A stretch of 61,584 nucleotides of DNA, the filler included, from Sphacelaria rigidula (lineage: Eukaryota), in NCBI GenBank assembly GCA_964200075.2. It is 6 parts of 6 records of this genome, joined end to end, with 100 filler letters (N's around TTAATTAATTAA, not from the genome) between each part and the next. Parts side by side here need not be neighbours in the genome. Positions count along the whole stretch, not along the records: positions 1 to 10,182 come from CAXNAA020006977.1; positions 10,283 to 20,463 come from CAXNAA020006978.1; 4 more parts are not named here. One strand, written 5' to 3'. Below the pieces are notes generated by a model. That model was not told where the DNA came from. It did not search any database and saw only the letters and a list, made by a program, of their open reading frames with translations. Positions 1-12,185 of this stretch are shown here, in pieces. The translations under genes and the position numbers were made by a program. Every line of letters begins with the position of its first letter. Within the stretch, counting starts at the first letter, position 1.

Positions 1-71
1 ATTTACGTGAAGATTTTGCCTCCCAAAACCATGCACTTTGTGGGGGGGGGGGGGCTATCGTAGAAAGTGTA
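1..71. mobile_element. Truncated right end of ~245-bp GAC..GTC MITE family
   Basis: 1-70 (atttacgtgaagattttgcctcccaaaaccatgcac...ggggctatcgtagaaagtgt) matches 45097-45157 and the reverse complement of 24945-25010. Confidence 0.8.
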
Positions 72-484
72 TACGGAAAGCTTGAACAACCAGGTTCACC
101 CACATTTTTTATCGGCTTCTATCCTTCAAGATCTCAAGACATTCACGCACCCCTCGGTGCCCTTTTTTTTTATTATGTGTTCGGTCGTTGGCAAGGTTCT
201 TGTTTCATGAGTGCAGAAGTCGTGATGTTACTGTCATGCACCATCCACCCCCTTCCCTTCATTTGACGCCTGTTCACCTGATATCGGGGGTTTTAGAAAA
301 ATATTTGGCCAGATTCCCACCGCTCCATAGAAATCGATACAGTTTTTCCGGGTATCTCACCACGAGACCCAACCTTCATGTGAAATTGACATGTCGGGGT
401 AACCTTATTCTGTCGTACACGTTATATCGTTTCTGCGTTTTCGATTTTGTCTGTCAGGTGGCCAACCTTCGAGCCACAGTATTA

Positions 485-1555
485 CATACATGTCTGGGTT
501 CTGGCCTTTGTTTTATGCCTTACGTTTGTTGCAATATGGGGGATAGAATCTCGATTTCCTTGGCTTTCGTATGGGGAAATAAAAATGGTCAGTTGCGCTA
601 TCTCATGTCTATGCACCCGATGTGTGTCCCGAGTAATGAAAAGACAAATGGTTATCTTCTCAATTCTATGACTCCAGGCTGTGTTATGGTATTGTAGAGA
701 CAATCATAGCGCTGTTAATTCATGTCTACATCCGGGCTGTGTTCTTATGTTGGAAAGAAAAAATGTTTGACGACTCTATTTTATGTTCATGTCCAGTCTG
801 TGTTCTGGTAGTGCACATAACAAATGGTAAGCTTCGCCATTCCGTCTATATCATGTCTGTGTCCTTGTTGTGCAAGAAATAACGATTAGCTTCGTTATGA
901 TACGGTCTGTGTTATGGTGGTGCAAAGAAAACGTGGTTTGCTTTGTTAATTCATGTTCATGTCTGGCCTGTGTTCTGGTAGTGCAAAGAAAAAAGTGGTT
1001 GACTCTGTTATTTCATGTCTACATCTGTTCTATGTTCCGGTGGTGCAAAGGATAAAATGGTTAGCTTATTTTATTCATTTTCATATCCGGGCTGTGTTGT
1101 ACTTTGTGCAAAAAGAATGTAGGTAGCTTCGTTACTTAATTTCGTGTGTCCGGGCTTTGTTCTAGCAATGCGAAGAACAAAAGGTTAGCTTCGTTAGTTC
1201 GTGTTTATATCGGCGTCCCATCGTCTCGAAAAACAAGTCGGAGTTCCTAACGGCGTCACTGACACAAATAAAATGGATACCTAAATTTGGAGTTCCTCAC
1301 AGCGCTACAGACACGTACGTACGTAAGTTGCTGTGTGTTGGTAATGCAAACAAACAAACAAACAAATGGTTATTATTGCTTCTTTAATTTAATGTCTACA
1401 TCCGGTTTGCGTTCTGATATGGGAAAGCTAATCGGTTGCTCGAGTTTTTTCAGATCTTTTGTGTCTCTTGCTCTGGGGAATATTGACTGTCTTCTGTCGG
1501 TCTTTGGTATATGTATGGTGACAGGCTGTGTATTTCATGTTCAGATTCTGGTGGC
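485..1555. repeat. Degenerate tandem array, ~60-66 bp unit
   Basis: Recurring unit ttcatgtctacatccgggctgtgttctggtagtgcaaagaaaaaatggttagcttcgtta, e.g. at 719, 786, 949, 1012, 1074, 1140 and 1390. Confidence 0.8.
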
Positions 1556-1629
1556 TTAGTTTTACAGCATCGTTGCTACACGGCGCCCACCCTGGAGTAT
1601 AGAGAGAGGGGGTGGGGGGGGGGTGTACT

Positions 1630-1940
1630 TATTGGGGCGTACTCATTTGTTGCTTGCCTTAGTCGTTCGACCATTCACCACGCGTCCCTTTCGAGACGAG
1701 AGGGGGGGGGGGGGGGGGGGGGCGTCGCAAATAGGACAAGAGGCGGAACGGGGTCGTCGATAAAAGACACGTAAAAACACAGCAACAGAAGAAAACACCA
1801 CGAGACGTCACAGAAGGGGATGGGGTCTAAATTGTGGCACGTGCAGAAGGACGTCCGTGTGTGGTGGTTTGGACGTCCGTGTGTGGTGGTTGCCACCAGT
1901 AGCTGCTGGATCCTTTGGGTGGCACATCTTATTTCTAACA
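1630..1940 (-). mobile_element. LINE 3'-UTR fragment
   Basis: gggcgtactcatttgttgcttgccttagtcgt...accattcaccacgc at 1635 is nearly identical to 5088, inside the 3' region of the LINE at 4742-8760. Confidence 0.65.
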
Positions 1941-4108
1941 AAGATAGAGCCTGTTCGAAAGTTGACTATTAGCGCTTCATGATGTGCCGAAAAGTGGAAG
2001 TTATAAGGTCGGTTTGGAAATCCCACTAAGTAAGGTCGATTTGTACGTTGGCCCTATTGTGGTCGGTGTATGGGCAAGAAGAAATGGTGTAAAGTATGTT
2101 CGGGCATCACTCAACATGAAAAAAAAAATGAAATCCAGAGGCTACCAAACCCCGGGGGTGCAGACTCAACATCCCCGGGTTTTGGGATAACACAAAGCCT
2201 AAGCTTGAGCCTAAGCCTAAGCTCAAGCCTAACCCACGTGGTGGGTGATACGAGAGAACCAAGTGGTCGGATGAAGAACAACATGCCAGAAATGATAGTC
2301 CCGTGTGTGCTTCGAATCCGCGGTATGTTTGCTTTTTCGAAAAGTTATGAAAATGTCTCACATCGGAGCTTCAAAGTTGGGGTGGTGATTTCGGTATTCT
2401 GCTGCTGGTATGCAAGCACCACTTGTTTTGGATAATCGAAAAAACAGCTGACTCGGCAGTCCCGCATGAGCGTTTCCAATCTCGTGAAAAACACCGATTG
2501 GGAAAAAGTCAATGAAATGGCGGAGAGATGCGATGGTATTTCGAAATCGAACTTAAAACTTGGATCTGGAGGAGTATTTTCCAAGAAATAAAAGAAAAAA
2601 AATCGGTGTGCGAGTTTGTTTGAGGGGTAGGCTATGCAGTACAGCCGCAAACAAAGACTCTACAACTAGAGCACAGACGTAGCGCTCGCAGGGGACCAGC
2701 ATTTCGTGGGAGTACAGTCTTATCGGAGGCGGTGCATCGCACAGTCAACCCCCTGCCGAACGCAACTCTGTTCACGATTGTCGAAGTCGAAATGCCCAGC
2801 TGCTCTGTAGACATGGTCTGTCCATTTGAGCGCATAACATGTTATCCTGCTAGAGTCGCTTGTTGCATATCTCGGTGCCCCAAAACCTGACCTTCTCTGT
2901 TTCGGTCACACAGATAAGGGTGTAGCGGCTGGGGCCAGCGGCAGGTATCAGGAACACATAGTCGGGGTAGCATACGGACATCGTCTTAATGGCAGTCCAT
3001 TGGTTGCGGGAGGGCCGGATCCAAATGCCCGGTAACAAAATGCAAGGCAGATACCGCGAGAGGGATGAGTTGGTTCCTCGAGAATGACGATTGTATCTCT
3101 TCCTGAGGACGAGAAGTTGAGAGTACCAACAAAGAAAAACAACTGGTGACATCAGGATCAAAGGCCTTGTGATAACTTTTGGAACTTCGCGCATAATTCT
3201 TCCAGGTATAAGTCGAAAGCCGGATGCTCAACTCGCCAGTATATGTTAAAACCGCCTCTCGCGTCGTGATGTCATGCGTCGCCGGGACTGACGGGAACTG
3301 ACCGCAGGTATCTAAGGGACCAGTTAGCTAGGGATTCCTTCTCTTGGTCGAGAACACTGGTCACGGGGGACGCGTGGAAGAAGGATGTGCTTGTGGCCTG
3401 CGCGCTAGCCCTTCAGATGTTATTTGCGTAAGTGTCTATCTCTTTTTTGCGTACCGTAGGTTCTGCCTACCACTCCCGCGGAAAGACCTCCCGGATCACG
3501 AAGACTTGATAACTCGGGGGAGCCCAGTAGCAGTGCGTGCCGCGGCCGTTTTGTGACTTGGCTTGAATTGTAGGAATTACCCTTGATGCAAGAAGGTCCG
3601 CCATTATTTTTTTACAATTCGGAGAGTTGAAAAAACGTGTTCGAGTGCCATCACCATGGGGTATGCGCACGCGACAGAGGGTAACAACCGTGGGAGATAA
3701 TTTTATGTTCACCCCCTGGATGCGTTCCTCATGGGTTGTGATATACGACATACCCTGATGCAGTACTGCAAATACCGACACGGCACCAAAAATACGCAAA
3801 GGCCTATAGCTCGGTGGTATCGTTCAGGGAGGGGTGGTATTCAGCGCATGTGTGTTACACCGTGTCATATTCGGTACATACCGCATCCGAAAGTGCACCC
3901 ACTGCCCCGGAGTCATTTTCCGTGCCCCATATGCTGCAGTTTTTCGCGTGACTTCTGATCATGCTAGCAATAACGAGGCACCTTTTCACGAGGCACCCCC
4001 GTTGAGCAGCATTTTCATGACCCCACCCCCACCCCCACCCCTCCCCGCACGCGCGCCTTTCGTTCCTGTGTACTTTGTGTTGCATGGTATCTTCTTGGCA
4101 TGATCCAG

Positions 4109-4754
4109 GTACACCTTGATGCACCTGGTGATGCTGTACGAATACGTGTTCATGTTCGCGATTGTCGTCGGGTTAGCAGTCGGACATCTCACAACCCTCA
4201 GGTACGCTGTTTTTGTCTGCACGCGGCAGGTGATGCGTACTAGCAGTGCATGTCTTCGGGTAGTTCCTGTGATAATAATGCTAGGTGAGCCGGATTCCCA
4301 GCATCATCCGGTAGATACAATTTGCAAGTTACACTGAGAACTCTTTTTTTCTGTGCGGACGATAACTCAACGATGTTATCTGGTCTGCCTGAAGTCGCTT
4401 TGACGATCCCCCAGACGTGTCATGAACGCGCAAAACGCCAAGCGGTCCGCAGAAGGGGTGGGAGATGAGACGCGATACCGCGTGCCGAGTATTGACATGG
4501 ACACACCGTGCACATGCGTGAAAACTTGGACTCCACTGGGGTTGTCGCATTGCCAACCTCTTCTGACCTATACATCGATAGACGTTGGGATTCTGATAGT
4601 CATGCAGCCCGGCAAAGCTGTTCATGGTGCCCCAGCGCGGTATCGGGCTGATGAAGTCCGCGGGCGGAAGAAGGTGTGCCAAGTATGCCATTCTTCATTG
4701 TGGTGCCTGCATGATAAAACACAGCTACTATTCCCGGGGCTATTGATCGATTGA
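4109..4754 (+). CDS. Ctr-family copper transporter, C-terminal exons (4109-4201, 4415-~4754); upstream exons not resolved
   Basis: Exon 4109-4201 is bounded by ccag and gtacgc and encodes YTLMHLVMLYEYVFMFAIVVGLAVGHLTTL, an exact Ctr MxxxM-x12-GxxxG signature. It joins in phase to 4415 (RRVMNAQ...DTPCTC), which contains a CxC motif. Confidence 0.75.
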
Positions 4755-7700
4755 TTTCGTGATTGTTGCACATCATGTCACCCTCCAACAATCCAGCCGT
4801 GGTTACGAGGTAGAGATATCCATGGTATATGAACGGAAGAATCTGCCACGCGCAAATCGGGAAAGGGAACTTTCGAAGGAATTAAGATGAAAATAACAAA
4901 TAAAGGAGAATGACAAACTGATGAGAAATGAAAGATCAGGTTGTTGCTCGGCCATTTCGGCATGTATTTTTGTCCGCGGGCTCCGCGCGAGCGAGACACG
5001 AACGCTGCCACGGCATGAAAACGAAGGATAAGATAGTCGGAAAATAACAACTATATGGTGAAGAGCGCGGAGAGAAGGAAGTAGAGAGGGCGTACTCATT
5101 TGTTGCTTGCCTTAGTCGTGTGACCATTGACCACGCATCCCTTCCGAGACGGAGCACCGAGGAAGGGAGGAAGAGAGAAAGGGTAATGAAGAAAAACAAC
5201 ACGAGATGAAAAAATACAGAAGGCGTGGGACCAAGGACAAAGTATGGTATGCGCAGGAAGACAGCTATAAAAGCGAACATCACTAAGGTTGCAAGCCAAG
5301 AAGAGAAGTTAAGAGCCGGTGCGTAAGACAAGGATGGAGCAGTTTCCGTGGTACCGCCGCGTCTCGCGCTCGTCCCTTGTTGGGTACAGAATGGGCCACT
5401 CCCTCGATCATTTCCGTCTTGGATTCTTCGCCCATTGTCGATGTTGTCGTTGTCGTCGTCGCCGTCGCCGTCGCTGGTGTTATGTCAGCGGTGAAAGCTC
5501 TCCTTTTTGCAGCTCTCCACGTGGTAGCTTTTTGCTCGTGGCACAGGTTGGATTGGCGTATGCACTCGCGTCACCACCTCTCCTCGAACTCCTTCGCTCC
5601 CTTGTCGGACTCCAGGCGCCATTTGCCTACATTCTTCGTTGCGGTGGCTCCATCTTGCGAGCCTTTGACCTCGATACCGTAGACGGACTACTCCCTTCGT
5701 TCTACCGTTTGTGGGACAGCCGCTAGCGCACCCCGATCTGCTGGACGCGGTCCCCCCAGTGTCTGGGAGGCCTGCCAGCCTCCTTGGGCGCGTCCGGCCA
5801 ACCACCGGAAAATGGTGCTATTTGGGAGACGCGTGAAGTTTTACCAGGTGAGGGTTCCCACGAAACAGGGTTGACGCTGGCGGATTGTCATCTCGATACG
5901 CTAGTTGGTTTCCTCGAGGATAGCACTGTATGAAAGAATATTGTGCCACTGCGATCCTCCCTCCAGAACCAGACTGCCCGCCATTAAAGCTTCAAGCTTA
6001 TGGTCGGCCGTCTGCGCAGTTCTCTGGAGTCCGCTGGGCGTAGCGTCGATGTAGCACATCCGCAAGGCAGGGCGTGCACCACTACCGATTTGAGCAGCCG
6101 GAGTTGCATTCTCGTATGCCCACCTCGGGACCGTGGTGCTAGGTCTGCGCCATCGTGCACAGCATTCCTCATGCCGCGCCTTGCTCCGTATCCAACGTCG
6201 ATTCTTCCGAGGGGTCATCATCCCTGCTTTTCGCGCATGATGTTGAGATGCCATGCCTGGGGCGAAAAAAGCGTCTACCACGGAACGCTTTAAAGTCACG
6301 CCGACCAATACTGCGCCGAAGATATGGAACAGTAGCGGCGGCGGAAGTCATCCTTGCCTCAGAACCTGGCAGACCCACAGCCACTCTAATGGTGGGGTCT
6401 ATTCTAGCTGTATCCGAACTTGTATGCCGTCTTGGAACATATGGGTGGCCTTGATCATTCACGGTGAGATGCCGATACGGGCAAGCGCTTCCGACAGAAG
6501 CATGCGGTCTACGGAATTCTATGCCTTCTACACATCGATGAAGTAACTGTCCAGTGGGATATCGTTCGCGTATCCCAACTTCTGCAGTCGGGGTACTACG
6601 AATATCATGTGTCAGTGGTCGATCGTTGGTGCTGGGCCCATACTGTTATTCCAGGAGAAAGACTGGCCTTCTCGCAGAAACTCTGGAACTTGTTGGCTTT
6701 AATTTTGAGGATAAGGTCACCAGCATGCGCCACGAGGGAGATTCCTCTCTAGTCATTACATTCGATCCTTTCCTCTTTCTTGTATAGCCCTTAAATAGAG
6801 AGGTCCTTCCACTCCTGGGGCCCCTCTCAAGACACCCAAATAGCAACACTGATGCTGTGAAAGTGGCATGGAATCTCTGGAGGCTCCCCGATCGCATCCG
6901 AAGCTGGAGGAGTTCAGCAGGTAGCCTATGTGGTCTGATCGCTTTGCCGTTAGTGCCGTTAGTCACACCTCCCAGCGTGTTCTTGTTTCATCTACTTTTG
7001 GAGGATCCCAAGTGGCTTAACGCTTGCGACCATGGCCTATCGATGACGACGACCGGGTGGATCGGTAGTCGCCGATATCGAATCCATCAAAGAAAACAGG
7101 TACCTTTCCCATTACTTACAGATTGGATCCTTGCGCCGCAGCAGTCTTCCGTCTTCGTCATCAATTTTTCTGCGCGCGTTCTACTTCTCCTCCCACGAAC
7201 CTCCCCCTCCTTTTAGGTGTCCACACGACCCTCTCATGTCGCCAATCTACGGTACTCCTTGAGTTCCTTAGCATCTAGAACCACCTAGGTGCCTGTCCAC
7301 CCAACCTTGGATCAACTCTCGGACCTCTTGCACGCTGCTTGCAAAGCGCGTCATGAGAGGCTACCTCTCCGCCCTAATCGCATCGCCAAGCTCGCCCCCT
7401 CCCGTCCTATCCTGTCCTCTTCGAACTGGGCTCGATTTGCCGCATCCTCGAACCACCGTCGTGCGCGCGGCTGTCGAGTCCGACAGGGCATCACCGTGTC
7501 AGCGGAGGCCAGGAGTATGTTCGAATCACAGGCAGTTTACTGCCTCCAACTCCGAATTGCTCGTCGTGGACTCGCTGATGATACGCTATTTGAGTTGTTC
7601 ACGCCCGTCCGTGCCAGACGTTATTGCTCACCTTTCCATGGATGTGCACCAGGTTGGAGTTCCTTCATGTATGTTCCGTGCAAATCAGCCGAGAGTTCGC

Positions 7701-8760
7701 AGTTGGGCGCACACGATATTATGACCTGAGTGCGGCGAGTTGGGTGGGGTAAGGTTGACGGCGATATTTCGAAGAAGCCTGCAATGGGCGCGCCGTGCGA
7801 TGATAAAGCCAACGCTTCTTTTGTCCGCAGGATGACTAGCGATACACCAGAAAGTGAGCGACGCGTCCCCCTTGAAGGTGAAAAACGTTGCTGCCTACGG
7901 TTGCCTGCACGTTCTAGCAATGCAGTGCCATTGCTGTCGCTGCGTCGGGGATCCCGACCGCATGCCTTTAGTGTTCTTACAGCTTCACTCTCGTCTTCGT
8001 ATCTCAGTCTCAGTCCCAGCGCTTTGACTTCTTTTGACCGTGAGGTGTCTATGGGGGCGTACGCAACTACGACTGTGGAGGTGTTCGATCGAATTACCAG
8101 GTTAAAGGTAATCGACATGACGCGTTTGCTAATGAGCACCTGCGTTCACATAGCCTTGTCGATGATAGACTCGTCGATGGACAGCTCAAATCCATGTTTT
8201 CCCGCCCCTCTCTTGCCCTCCTTCCGCCGCGCCGCAGAAAATGCGGTATTCCGCGGTGGAGAGCTCACTTTTGCCGAGTCGTCTTGTCTCTTTCAGTCCA
8301 ATGACGTCATAACCTCTTGCTTTGATCTTCTGCCAAGATACTGGAGCATGTCGAACCCTGTCCTGTCCCGCGAGTGCCAGTGTACGGACGTTGTAGGTTG
8401 CCACTCTGCGTTCTCCTTTTTTGAGATCTAGCCTTAGCTCTACCTGCAGCTACACGCTTTGCTCGTCATTCTGCCCTCAGTTTGCGTGTTGCCCTCCTTC
8501 GGGTCTCCCTTCAAACATTTCCGTTCCGATTCCCCCTCGGTCAATCTATCCAGGTATTTGTCTGTCATTTTGGCTTCACAGGGTCAGAGTTAGGGTTGAG
8601 CAATCCCCCGAATCTCACCCTTACTCACACGTGTCTCATCTCCGTCGAAGCGGTTTCTGTGATGTAATCTAATTCTGGGTGAACCTCTGCAGCTGCGGGG
8701 TTGAGCATTGGTTCCCAGTGCAGGGTAAACCCCCGCTGCTGGAGGATTGAGCGGGAGGCC
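4742..8760 (-). mobile_element. Near full-length degenerate RTE-clade LINE (APE endonuclease + RT), many stops and frameshifts
   Basis: APE N-terminus MATYNVRTL...DVIGLKETR at 8186-8404; VVVAYAP at ~8060; RT motifs FIDV*KA*NSVDR and LRQG*LPPPLLFHIF at 6320-6542; 3' end gtaaccacggctggatt...aatcaatcgatcaat at 4742-4808. Confidence 0.9.
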
Positions 8761-10089
8761 CAACGCTGTCGACATACCCCATCCGTTAGTCTGTGCGCTG
8801 TATCGCCACTAACACATGTACGGACTAGTCCATAGATAACGTCCCTCTCCTCTATGCACGTGCGTGCGTGTATTCCGTTCGTTTGCTGGTGAAGTTTGGT
8901 TATGGGATGCTGTGTATGATATTGATAGGGAGCCTGTTGTCGCAGCGGCCACAAGCGAAAGAGCCGACTTGGCTGCATTATGTACGTGAAAAAGGAATGC
9001 CTCCTCGCCTGTGTCAGGCTACGTACCGGTGTGTGGTGTGACATGTAACTGATACTCGGCCCATCTCAGCCCGCTGAATATCGGTGCGGAGATTCAGCAT
9101 CAAAGTCGGCGTCCATTCTTCTTCATGGGGTACACCCGGAATCGATGACTTGTACTTCGACGTACAAGGTTTTATCATTATAACCTTCCGACATCGCCAA
9201 ATGCGGCATACACGCTGTGGAAAATTCGAGCCCCGGATTTGCTTGTCAAATTTTTCTTGGCCACAAGATCGAGCATACTGTACGGTAAGTACCGCCGTGG
9301 TTTCGCTGATCCCCGAACAAAAACGGCGTTTCTCCCCTTGTACTGCGCGCGTGCGTCCTGCAATCGATTTTGCTGTAGTTTTCTCGGTCGCGGTCGTGCA
9401 GGACTATCGCCGCTTTCTACACGAAAGACGCTACGCATATCCCATGTGGGTTGCTTATGAGCGCTTTCATTTAGTCCGCGCACCAAGAGCATACGCGAGC
9501 CACCGAAGCGTTCCGACCGGTACCATGTGACGACCATAGTCGTCTCATGTAGTTTTGCATGCGGTATCTTTTGTGCACACGTCAAACTTACTAGGGACGT
9601 TGAGAGTGCGAAGGTGGCTTGGGTAGAGGGTGAGGCACAGCTCCGTCCTTCGGGTACCCGGGAAAGCTCGGTGTGTTCTTGTTTCTCGGACGATGCCTTA
9701 GGTATCCTGAATTACCACGTATTTTTGGCAGTCGATACCCCAGGTATCCCCGAATAATTAATCATTAATGAAATTTGAAACAGCAGAAACCCTGGGAATC
9801 ATGCATCACTCAGTATCTACTGTAGTTCAACTTTCGACGATTGGGATGAATGTGATACCCGACCCGCCAAAAGGATGTCTAATTCTCGCGTGTTGTGTGC
9901 GATGACTTGCCCGATTTGACTTGAGTGCTTGTGGGTCCAGCAGTGTGCGTACAAACCTTCGTGTGTCCAATGGCGCAAAACATTCCGCTGATGTCGAGAA
10001 CAATCTCTCAGAGATGAAACACTTCCTGACCCACCGACCGCCCCTTCAGAGGTTTTGATTTTATTTGATTCATTGTCGCACTTCAACTG

Positions 10090-10128
<39 letters not shown>

Positions 10129-10182
10129 ACCCACAAAAAGCACCCCCACAAAAACAAAACAAAAAAAAACAAAAATCCCCAC

Positions 10183-10282
10183 NNNNNNNNNNNNNNNNNN
10201 NNNNNNNNNNNNNNNNNNNNNNNNNNTTAATTAATTAANNNNNNNNNNNNNNNNNNNNNNNNNNNNNNNNNNNNNNNNNNNN
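10183..10282. other. Artificial contig linker N44-TTAATTAATTAA-N44
   Basis: 100-bp spacer with stops in all frames, repeated identically five times in the window. Confidence 0.97.
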
Positions 10283-10339
10283 GTAACCATCGAGTATTGA
10301 AAATGTACTACCAGATCACAACTCCACGGTAACAAGTGT

Positions 10340-11560
10340 AGATCTCCAGGTTTAATTCCTGCAGCTGCGGAGTTTCGCTCTGTACCGAGATCCACACTGA
10401 ACCCCGCAGTAGAAGAGCTTTCATTGGACTTGGGGTACCGTCACGGAAGGCACGGGGTAGGAGTCAAGACACGTGTGACATATTACCAGATTCAGCGGAT
10501 TGAAGCTGGCGGCAGACGCGGGCTGAGGAGGCTATACCTTCCACGCGAGACCAGAACGTGACACCAGAACGCAAGACAAGTACCATGACCGAAACTGTGG
10601 CTCCCAACTCCACGGCAGATCCAACGCCCACCTATCCTTAAAAACCCGGCTGCATGAAGCAGAGGTGATGGAACTGCTGCTGTCAGGATATGCCACAAGG
10701 ACGTTACGTTCCGAGGACTTCAACAGTCTGCCCATCACAAGCTTTAGCTTCTAGTGGTGGGATTCTGAACATGAAGCCGAACGAGTTACAAGCTTCTTTC
10801 TCACGGAGCTGTAGTCGAGATGATTAACTACGGACGTATCGAGACGAACATCCGCGAGCGTCAGGTCTGGTTTGCCGGGGGTCTTTGTCCAGCAGGACGA
10901 AAAACGCCTGACGAGACATACATATCATGCACGGACGGTAAACCTTGCAAGGGCCAAAGGAAGCCGGCCACCCCACGGACCACTAGGGTTCCTACCGCCA
11001 GGAGAACCTAAGTGGACCAGCGGCTTCTTCACGAACAAGAAAGCGACGGAAAAGGTTCGTCTGCGGTATAGCAGTTATTGACGCACTCGATTTGGTCACT
11101 GCGGCGGAGAACATGGGCATGTGACATCTTGTGGTCGAGTGGGGCCAAAGAGTTAGAGAAGACATACCGACGCGAAGACAAACGAGGATCAGACCGCCGC
11201 CACAAACGACAGGCTGCTGCATTGAAAGCCGCCAGTCGGAGAAGTGACCTCTCTATCACAACAGCGGCAACAGCTCGCGATATCCAGGATGACAAATTCA
11301 GAGAGAATGGCCCGCTTCGCACCCAACTAGGGATGAATGCGAAAAGCTGGCCTAACATGGGAAGTGATACACCCCTGCCTTTCTTGGCTCTTGTTTTTGT
11401 CCTTGGTCGGTGATTGCAGTGTGCCCTGGTGTGTGTTTGTGCGTGCTCCACTGAACTGCGTCCCGTGGGTTTCAGCGGTTCTCTATCCTCTCTCTGTATA
11501 TATATATATTTCTCTCTTTCCCTACTTGCCTCTCTTAATTAGTTGCTGATTCCCGGTTCA
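10340..11560 (+). mobile_element. Internally deleted non-autonomous RTE-LINE derivative
   Basis: 5' hairpin plus agacacgtgtga (10355-10480) is homologous to the LINE 5' end at 8625-8750 (-). It is followed by an RTE C-terminal remnant IETNIRERQVWFAG..VQQDEKRL (10838-10910) and a pyrimidine-rich 3' UTR. Confidence 0.6.
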
Positions 11561-11598
11561 CGCCAGCAGCAACTTGGTGCTCCGCTTCTGTAGGGTCC

Positions 11599-11831
11599 GA
11601 TACTTTCGACGATAGCCCCCCCCCAAAAAAACAAAATTTACACGTAAATCGAAATGGAAAGCGACGAACACAACGAGCAGCTGGGAATTCCCACGCTTGG
11701 GTTCGTTTTCGCCAATGTCGCCCATAAGAGGCGCTCAATGCAGCTTGAACCTAAACATGAGACGCAGTATGACCGTTTGTTTCGTGACAGCTTTGGGCTG
11801 GGTTTGGGGGGGAGTCATTGCAAAAAGCGTC
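11599..11831. mobile_element. Diverged GAC..GTC MITE copy
   Basis: gatactttcgacgatagcccc...caaaaagcgtc; interior aligns with 24945-25189; flanks gtcc/gttc. Confidence 0.7.
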
Positions 11832-11959
11832 GTTCATGGAGCAGAGCTTCATACTAAAAATGATGCGGTCGAAATAAGTCTCAGTCTCTGCCTACAGCTT
11901 TTTGCTTCTAATTGGATATAAGTGTGTGCTTTAATTGGATAGAAGTGTGTGCTTCTTGC

Positions 11960-12185
11960 GCGAGACCTTTTCCCCCTAAGCCATGTTGCAGAGGCCCGCC
12001 AATTCAAGCTTTTTTTGTTCAACTTTTGTTTCCTAGTCTCCTCTGATGTCCGTTCACCACTCTGTTTAGTCTTCTTCAGCGAGTGTTCTTGTTTTGTCTA
12101 TCCGGGCACGTCCATGATATGACCACGGCTGAATCTCTACGGGGCTTAGTTCACGTGCGACAACCTATCAAGATCGAATCAATAC
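11960..12185 (+). mobile_element. Retroposon 3' end fragment
   Basis: Pyrimidine-rich tract, then tgaccacggctgaat (12120), ending atcaagatcgaatcaat like the LINE 3' end at 4742-4808. Confidence 0.55.

Noticed and set aside
7730..8431. 233-aa plus-strand ORF
   Set aside because: Antisense shadow of the LINE endonuclease region.
10227..10238. TTAATTAATTAA as a biological motif or piggyBac site
   Set aside because: It is the centre of the synthetic linker.
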